Source: Pseudomonadota bacterium (GTDB taxonomy: Bacteria > Bdellovibrionota > Bdellovibrionia > Bdellovibrionales > SG-bin7). Taken from it: a DNA stretch of 26,090 nucleotides. Positions within the stretch are counted from its first letter, which is position 1, and every line of letters begins with the position of its first letter. Under the pieces are notes generated by a model. That model saw nothing but the letters and a program-made list of their open reading frames with translations. It was not told the DNA's origin and searched no databases. Shown in pieces: positions 1 to 6,051 of the stretch. The translations under genes were made by a program, and so were the position numbers. The stretch covers positions 1 to 26,090 of the forward strand of contig JAWXAY010000020.1 of the NCBI GenBank assembly GCA_034439715.1, given 5' to 3'.

Positions 1-118
1 GGGTGGAACATCTTTTTGATCGGGTTGCATCGTCGAAACTCCTCTCGACAAAACATAGCCCAAGATCAATTAAGTTACAACCGGATAGGCAGGGAAAAAT
101 AAATTGAGGAGAAAAAGA

Positions 119-589
119 ATGAAAAACAATAAGTGCATTTATTTTCTAATGAGCCTAGCAGTACTCTGTGCCAGTTTTGGGATTTCGGCCCATGCTGAAG
201 GTGAAAAGAGTCTTTGTGATAAATACGGCGCCGCTCTTCCAAAAGTGATTGATGACTTCGTGGCAAAAACAGCTCCAAACCCAAAGGTTGATTTTTTCCG
301 CAGTGGAAAATTTAAGGATGCCGATGTACCGAAACTCAAAGAGCACCTTGTGAACTTTGTCAGTGATGCCATTGGCTGCCCTGGTAAAAAGTATAAAGGT
401 CGCTCGATGAAGGCGATCCACAAAGGTAATAACAAAAACAAAAGCATGAAAATAACAGCGGCTGAATTCAGCGCTATTGCCGCCGATCTACAAGCTGTTC
501 TTGAACAAGACGGCGTGACTCCTGAGGACGTCAAAACAATCATGGCAGTTGTCGGTGGAACAGCAAAAGATATCATCGACGTTAAATAG
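119..589 (+). CDS. Exported group 1 truncated haemoglobin (trHbN-like) with signal peptide
   Basis: ATG at 119 follows GAGGAG. Signal peptide MKNNKCIYFLMSLAVLCASFGISAHA (AxA cleavage). 2/2-globin motifs VIDDF, DFF (CD1), YKGRSMKAIH (proximal His F8), MKITAAEF. Confidence 0.85.
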   Translation: MKNNKCIYFLMSLAVLCASFGISAHAEGEKSLCDKYGAALPKVIDDFVAKTAPNPKVDFFRSGKFKDADVPKLKEHLVNFVSDAIGCPGKKYKGRSMKAIHKGNNKNKSMKITAAEFSAIAADLQAVLEQDGVTPEDVKTIMAVVGGTAKDIIDVK

Positions 590-624
590 TTGTACGGAGT
601 AGTATTCCTGATTGATCTCACGTT

Positions 625-669
625 GTGCTCCGGTATCAGTTTCGTCGGAATGGTACCGGGAGCGCTTTT
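625..669 (+). terminator. Candidate intrinsic terminator after the globin gene
   Basis: GTGCTCCGGTATCA (625-638) pairs with TGGTACCGGGAGCGC (651-665) with one bulge and G-U pairs; followed by TTTT. Confidence 0.5.
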
Positions 670-676
670 GAATTAA

Positions 677-1162
677 ATGTTAGGTAATAGGATTATCAAA
701 ACAATCTGGACCGCTTTAGCATTAATACGTAGGGACAAATCACTTCAAATCTTTACTGACGGAAGTTTTAAAGGGCGCTGGGGTACTTGGGCTTTTGTCA
801 TTCTACAAGATGATATCGTTATACACGAAATTTCTGGGCGAGAGAGCAAGACCTGTAGTAATCGCATGGAGTATCAAGCTGCGATTGAAGCCCTAAAGAT
901 ATTGCCGCGAGGTTCGAAGGCGAACATTTATTCGGACTCTCGCATAGTAGTCGATAATATTACCTTGCATGCGCCATTTTGGAAGGATAATCGTTGGCTC
1001 AAAAAAAATGGTCGCCCGATCCCGAACGTGGATCAAATTAAAATTTTGTATCGTCTATGTGCACGGCATTCAGTAAAGTGGAAGTGGATTAAGGCGCACT
1101 CGGGGATACAATACAATGAGCGATGTGATCGACTTTGTATAAAAGCCCGTGGCTCAAAATAA
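677..1162 (+). CDS. rnhA: Ribonuclease HI
   Basis: IFTDGS, SNRMEYQAAIEAL, IYSDS and WKWIKAHSGIQYNERCDRL contain all canonical D/E/D/H/D catalytic residues. Confidence 0.92.
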   Translation: MLGNRIIKTIWTALALIRRDKSLQIFTDGSFKGRWGTWAFVILQDDIVIHEISGRESKTCSNRMEYQAAIEALKILPRGSKANIYSDSRIVVDNITLHAPFWKDNRWLKKNGRPIPNVDQIKILYRLCARHSVKWKWIKAHSGIQYNERCDRLCIKARGSK

Positions 1163-1211
1163 GACGGAGTCTCAATCTGACTGTCGACTTTATGCCTATT
1201 GTTGCTGAGAC

Positions 1212-1598
1212 ATGAGGCGTGAGATAATAAGAGTCAGCAGGGAGTCCCCTTTGTCGAGACGAAACATAAAATTTTGCCAGAACTTAATTTTGACAGTCTT
1301 GATAACCGCGATGCTGGGAATGCATCACCTGTCTCAAAAATCAAACTTAGCAAAAATGTCAGCAGTAGGTAAAAAAATAGCGGTAAGTCCTTCGCTTAAG
1401 GATTGTCTAAAGGCTAATGCATCGCCTGAGCTTCGAGAAGCAGCAAAGGGAATAACTGCACCCGCTGGCCATGAAAATTCAAAAACGTCACTTCTTGCAC
1501 ACTATAAGTCAATTCTTGGTAAACTATCTCCTGGATCCTATCAAGATGTGTACACCACACTCGACGAGTGTGGCTTGGGAATATTTGCCAACGATTAA
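1212..1598 (+). CDS. Hypothetical protein, possible N-terminal membrane anchor; start uncertain
   Basis: 128-aa ORF fills the gap between rnhA and the convergent pepN. Hydrophobic stretch LILTVLITAMLG. No recognised motif. Confidence 0.5.
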   Translation: MRREIIRVSRESPLSRRNIKFCQNLILTVLITAMLGMHHLSQKSNLAKMSAVGKKIAVSPSLKDCLKANASPELREAAKGITAPAGHENSKTSLLAHYKSILGKLSPGSYQDVYTTLDECGLGIFAND

Positions 1599-1610
1599 GT
1601 ATTTCTGTTC

Positions 1611-4271
1611 TCAGTCTCGTTTTTGGGTGCCTTCAAACTGTTTCCACGAAAACGATTTAATTTTTTCACACTTATCATCCCAAAAGCTAAGATCAACAAT
1701 TAAGCGTTGAACGGCAGAATTCAGAGCAAACTTTGGATGTGCCAAAGTCTTTATTTTTTTTGAGGATTCTTTTGAACAATTAAGTGGAGCTAGAGTTCCG
1801 GCCATACTCTCCACGTAACTAATATCCGACTCATTTTTGAACTTAGGAATTTGGCTATAATAAACCGGTGACAGCTCTAAGCGAGTTCGCATTTGCGACC
1901 TGGGCAACAGGTTATTTGCTACTGCTTTTACCTCGGCATAACTCATTTCGGTTTTACGATCAAAAATTTTAGTGAGCCATTTTTTTTTATTCTTTATGCC
2001 AGGACGAATAGCCTCAATGGCTAGTAATGCCTTTTTGCCAGTGTCTGATTTATCAGATTCGGTTTCTTTATCAAGCAGGATTTTTAAGTCTGCGATATCG
2101 AATTCTACCAGTTTTTTGAGAATGTCCCAGCGGCGGTCTTGATCCAATGTGAAGCCTTTAATAACTGTCTGCTTCATCAGTAGCGATTTTAATTCTGTGA
2201 GTGAACTATCGCTGAATGTGACGCGTACTAGAGCATCAAAATACATCAGCTGAGCATCATGAGGGTTCCCCTCTTTTTTCAAAAGAGTCCACAAAAGAGT
2301 TTCCATTTTTTGGCGGTACTGATTATAAATTTGTCGAGCTTGTTGGCTATCTTGAGAAGCGGAAGCAAGAAACGCTGTGGACGCCGTCTTGCGTGGGACG
2401 AATCCCTCAATAAGGTATTCACTAACGCTAAGATCGGTTTCTCTGGGCAACTGCTCGAGCACGAGATCTGCAAACTCATAAATAGACATTCTCGTCTCTA
2501 GAACCAAATCCCACAAGGAACCAATTAGCATTGAGCGAAGAAGCGAATCTTGAGTCTGGGGAATTAGCGATTTGATTTTTTCGCGATCTTTGGAATTCAC
2601 TAAGACACGCACATAATCGTGATCATTGTAATTAGCAAAAACAAAATCCGGACAAGGTTCGCCCTTTAATTCTCTTATTGATCCCGCATTCGTGTCGTAA
2701 CTGACATCGTATTTTTTTATCAGATTGAGGCCTGGCGATGAAGTTTTAAAAAAGGCTAACTCCATTTTGTGAGGTCGGGCTATATCCGGGCCGCTGCTGT
2801 GTCCTTGTTTAAATTCTAATTTTTCTACAAGATTATTTTTACAGGCATAATTAATTTCGAGAGTATTAACTCCCTTGGTTTCAAACCATCTATTGCTCCA
2901 TAAGGCGAGCGATGTACTTGCGGCCTCAGATAAAGATGCGATAAAGTCGCTGAATCTGGCATTTTTAAAGGCATTGCGCTGAATAAAATTTTGCACACCT
3001 TTTTGGAATGCGTCTGGCCCCAAATAATAATTGAGGAGTTTTAATACCGATGCGCCTTTGCCATATGTGATGCCATCAAAGTTACTGAAAGCTACGCTAG
3101 TATTAGCCACTTCAGTAGTGATCGGGTGGGTCGTCGGCGTGATATCGACTCCATAGGCCCACTGTTTGGTATCTTGGTAAAAGTCGACCCAGGCAGTTTT
3201 GAACTCTGTCACCTCAACCGCAGCCATATATGCCATAAGCGTGGCAAAGCTCTCGTTAAGCCAGAGGTCGTCCCACCAATTCATCGTGACCACGTTGCCA
3301 AACCACATATGGGCCATTTCATGTAATAAGACATTGGCATTCCGTTGTCGGTCTTCCTGAGTTGGCTGGTAACGTTTTACGAAACGTTCGCTAAAAGTTA
3401 CGGCAGCCACGTTTTCCATTGCGCCAGAACTAAAATCAGGAACAATAATCTGATCATATTTTTGAAAAGGATATTTAAAGCCGAAATATTTTTCGAAATA
3501 ATCAAAACCGCTCTTGGACCAAGTGAACCAATCGCTGGAGCTCACAAAAGAGGCTAACGATTCGCGAGCAAACAACCTAAGGGGAATTCGGAAAGTTTTG
3601 TCCTCCCAAACGTGATAGGGACCAGCATGAAGTGCGAAAATGTAGGTGCTAAAAGGTAGCGTTTTCGGAAAAGTCCATGTTTTAATGTTAGCCTGCTCGA
3701 CAATCTCAGTTTCACGTAAACTAGAAATCACGTGCCAAGTTGAGGGAGCATCAACCTTTAATTCGTAGGTTGCCTTTAAGTCGGGTTGGTCAAAACAGGG
3801 AAACATTCGATTGGCATCATAGGGCTCAAAATCAGTAAAAATATACACACGGCTATCTTCGGGATCCTTAAATCGATACAGGCCAGAACTATTTCGACTG
3901 TAGGGGTGCTCAAAATCCACTTCGACCATGTTCTTTCCAAGAATTAATTCTTTTGAGCTCAAAGTAATTTGGTAGCCGTCGTACTTTGGTTTATCAATTG
4001 GAGTGCCGTTTACCCTAAGGCCGGTCAACTTGCCTTCGGCAAAGTCTATGGTGATGGGTTGAATTTTACTGGGTACCGACTTTAACGTGAATCTCAAATT
4101 TGACTTTCCAGAGAAGTCCGTCTCAGATTTACTTAAATTGAAATAAAGTTCGTAACCGACGTCAGAAATAAGAGACGATCGAAAAAAGGCCTCAGATTTA
4201 GAAAGTTCGCGCGTACCCTTGGCTTCAACAGCACTAAAGTTCGAGAGCAACAGTAAGAATAAAAAAACCAT
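1611..4271 (-). CDS. pepN: Aminopeptidase N (M1 family), with signal peptide
   Basis: GAMEN exopeptidase motif, HEMAH-x18-E (WLNESFA) and FDGITYGKGAS. ATG at 4271 follows GGAG (alternative TTG at 4295). Signal peptide MVFLFLLLLSNFSAVEA. Confidence 0.93.
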   Translation of the reverse strand: MVFLFLLLLSNFSAVEAKGTRELSKSEAFFRSSLISDVGYELYFNLSKSETDFSGKSNLRFTLKSVPSKIQPITIDFAEGKLTGLRVNGTPIDKPKYDGYQITLSSKELILGKNMVEVDFEHPYSRNSSGLYRFKDPEDSRVYIFTDFEPYDANRMFPCFDQPDLKATYELKVDAPSTWHVISSLRETEIVEQANIKTWTFPKTLPFSTYIFALHAGPYHVWEDKTFRIPLRLFARESLASFVSSSDWFTWSKSGFDYFEKYFGFKYPFQKYDQIIVPDFSSGAMENVAAVTFSERFVKRYQPTQEDRQRNANVLLHEMAHMWFGNVVTMNWWDDLWLNESFATLMAYMAAVEVTEFKTAWVDFYQDTKQWAYGVDITPTTHPITTEVANTSVAFSNFDGITYGKGASVLKLLNYYLGPDAFQKGVQNFIQRNAFKNARFSDFIASLSEAASTSLALWSNRWFETKGVNTLEINYACKNNLVEKLEFKQGHSSGPDIARPHKMELAFFKTSSPGLNLIKKYDVSYDTNAGSIRELKGEPCPDFVFANYNDHDYVRVLVNSKDREKIKSLIPQTQDSLLRSMLIGSLWDLVLETRMSIYEFADLVLEQLPRETDLSVSEYLIEGFVPRKTASTAFLASASQDSQQARQIYNQYRQKMETLLWTLLKKEGNPHDAQLMYFDALVRVTFSDSSLTELKSLLMKQTVIKGFTLDQDRRWDILKKLVEFDIADLKILLDKETESDKSDTGKKALLAIEAIRPGIKNKKKWLTKIFDRKTEMSYAEVKAVANNLLPRSQMRTRLELSPVYYSQIPKFKNESDISYVESMAGTLAPLNCSKESSKKIKTLAHPKFALNSAVQRLIVDLSFWDDKCEKIKSFSWKQFEGTQKRD

Positions 4272-4287
4272 TTTATATACTCCGGGG

Positions 4288-5154
4288 TTATTCAAAAATT
4301 AGTGGCAATGTAATTAGAGTCGGTTTCTGTTGTTTCTTAAAAGAAAAATTTTTTGTTATGAGCTGCTTAATTTTCTCGATCATCAAACTGACGGACTGAG
4401 CTCCATCACTAATGTTTCTCAAGTCACTCCTCAAAGTCGAAGCGAGCGGCACTACACTCTTGATTTTTCCTGAAGTCGCGATTGAGATTTGAAAGCTTGC
4501 AGTACCAGTAATTCCCGATACCAAGTCAGAATTCTTAAAAATGAATTCGTCGAGGGCCAAAATTTGGTTTGCCAGTTCTTTGGTAGAAATCGGTCCCTGA
4601 ATAAAAGGGCGAGGATTGACAAACCAACCATGAATAACCAAGCGACCTTGCTTGACGTCGTTGACACCTGATACTCTGCTCACCCCGTGGGGCCGGCGAG
4701 GATCGAACACTAAGAGCTGGTTAAACTTTGTCGGAACCCTGGCAAAGGCCTTGTTGCTTTTGATAAGGGTTTCGCCACCCGTAAATTTCCGGCTATTCCA
4801 AGCGGTAAGTGAGTAAACGAACGCCCAAGGACCGTGAGGAAGGTCAACATGAATTTTCTGCTCGCAACTTTCGACATAACAACTGAGCCAGGTCGGAGTA
4901 ATATCGTGGCAACCCAGTGTCTGTCGGCCCCACCACACCAGTTGGTTATGAAAATCCTCATAAATTTTTTTTGGAAAAAACAAATAGGCCGGTGTGCGAA
5001 GGAGAGTGTATTTTCCTTCGACATGCCAGTAGTCCCAAACAAAGGGAGCGGCCGTTTTTGCCGAAGAATAGTCAAAGCGAGTTTCGAAAGACTTTCGTAG
5101 TTCAGGAGCCCTTTTATAGAATTCAGGCAGTCGATATTCAGCCGAATAAATCAT
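4288..5154 (-). CDS. 2OG-Fe(II) oxygenase superfamily protein
   Basis: HxD (IHVD), FTGGET, distal His (RPHGV) and 2OG-binding Arg (GRLVIHGWF) of prolyl-hydroxylase-like enzymes; about 90 extra C-terminal residues. Confidence 0.8.
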   Translation of the reverse strand: MIYSAEYRLPEFYKRAPELRKSFETRFDYSSAKTAAPFVWDYWHVEGKYTLLRTPAYLFFPKKIYEDFHNQLVWWGRQTLGCHDITPTWLSCYVESCEQKIHVDLPHGPWAFVYSLTAWNSRKFTGGETLIKSNKAFARVPTKFNQLLVFDPRRPHGVSRVSGVNDVKQGRLVIHGWFVNPRPFIQGPISTKELANQILALDEFIFKNSDLVSGITGTASFQISIATSGKIKSVVPLASTLRSDLRNISDGAQSVSLMIEKIKQLITKNFSFKKQQKPTLITLPLIFE

Positions 5155-5283
5155 GCACCTAACCTGATTAAAACCGCGACCTAAGTCAAGGGTTTCGCCT
5201 TGAAAAGACTCAGATTTTTACAAAAATGAACTCGTTGACGAAAGTCACTCGTGACCTGGAGGTGCCAAATCGTCCCCAAAATT

Positions 5284-5300
5284 CTGGCAACCCTTTTGCA
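5284..5300 (+). promoter_or_regulatory. sigma54 (-24/-12) promoter for the DUF4360 gene
   Basis: CTGGCAACCCTTTTGCA has exact GG-N10-GC spacing with TGGCA...TTGCA, 44 nt upstream of the ATG at 5344. Confidence 0.7.
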
Positions 5301-5343
5301 ATATAAAATTTGGGAGACATTTTGTATTAGGGGAGGGGTCAGT

Positions 5344-6045
5344 ATGAATTTTTTATTTGCGGCTACTTTAGTTTTTATGAGTCAAGTGGTTGGGGCGCAA
5401 GTCGCTCCGAACCCCAATGAAATATATGTTAAAAACATTTCGGCCAACGGCAGTGGTTGCCCAGCGGGAACGGCGCGCTCAGTGCTAAGTCCTGATGGCA
5501 AGACGATGTCACTATTATTTGATGATTATATTTCACAAATTGATACTTCCCAGCAGATTCTTGATCAGAAAAAATGCCTTGTAACAATTGAAATGAATAT
5601 TCCTGCAGGGTGGAGCTATTCACTGGTGAGCGCCGATTATCGTGGGTTTGCTGAGCTCGACGCCCACACTATGGGAACCCAAGAAATCGTTTACATGTTT
5701 GGCCCAGTGATTGAAGAACGTCCCGTTCCGCTTAGAAATTTCTCGGTAGTAGGACCCAGAAATTTAAAGCCAACCCGTGTAAGAACTGCCACGTTTAGTT
5801 CGCGCATTGTTAAAGGACCATTTAGTGGCGACTACTCATTTACTAACATGGTGACAGTTGGAGAAATGCCCTGGTCGTCATGCGACTCTCGATTGAATCG
5901 CGACCTAAATATACACACTTCTCTAATGACGAGATCTTTGACAAGGGTACCAACCCGAGAAAAGGGAATGGCTCTCATTGCGCTCGACACTATAGACGCT
6001 ACGATTGCCCAAAGGTTTGATATCGCTTGGAAGCAATGCCCTTAA
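5344..6045 (+). CDS. Secreted DUF4360 family protein
   Basis: ATG at 5344 follows GGAGG. Signal peptide MNFLFAATLVFMSQVVGA. Family motifs ISANGSGCPAGT, LLFDDY, KKC, PAGWSYSLVSADYRGFAEL, WSSC and terminal WKQC. Confidence 0.85.
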   Translation: MNFLFAATLVFMSQVVGAQVAPNPNEIYVKNISANGSGCPAGTARSVLSPDGKTMSLLFDDYISQIDTSQQILDQKKCLVTIEMNIPAGWSYSLVSADYRGFAELDAHTMGTQEIVYMFGPVIEERPVPLRNFSVVGPRNLKPTRVRTATFSSRIVKGPFSGDYSFTNMVTVGEMPWSSCDSRLNRDLNIHTSLMTRSLTRVPTREKGMALIALDTIDATIAQRFDIAWKQCP

Positions 6046-6051
6046 GCTGAA

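Noticed and set aside
16..69. FNR-like half-sites TTGAT and ATCAA upstream of the globin
   Set aside because: Neither has a matching partner at 4-nt spacing.
75..621. Minus-strand ORFs 75-284, 139-621 and 155-421
   Set aside because: Antisense shadows of the globin gene; no motifs.
677..1162. RNase H as part of a retroelement or defence system
   Set aside because: No reverse transcriptase, integrase or terminal repeats in the window; ordinary RNase HI motifs.
5251..5343. Longer GTG start for DUF4360
   Set aside because: It would bury the signal peptide and span the sigma54 box; a strong RBS precedes ATG 5344.
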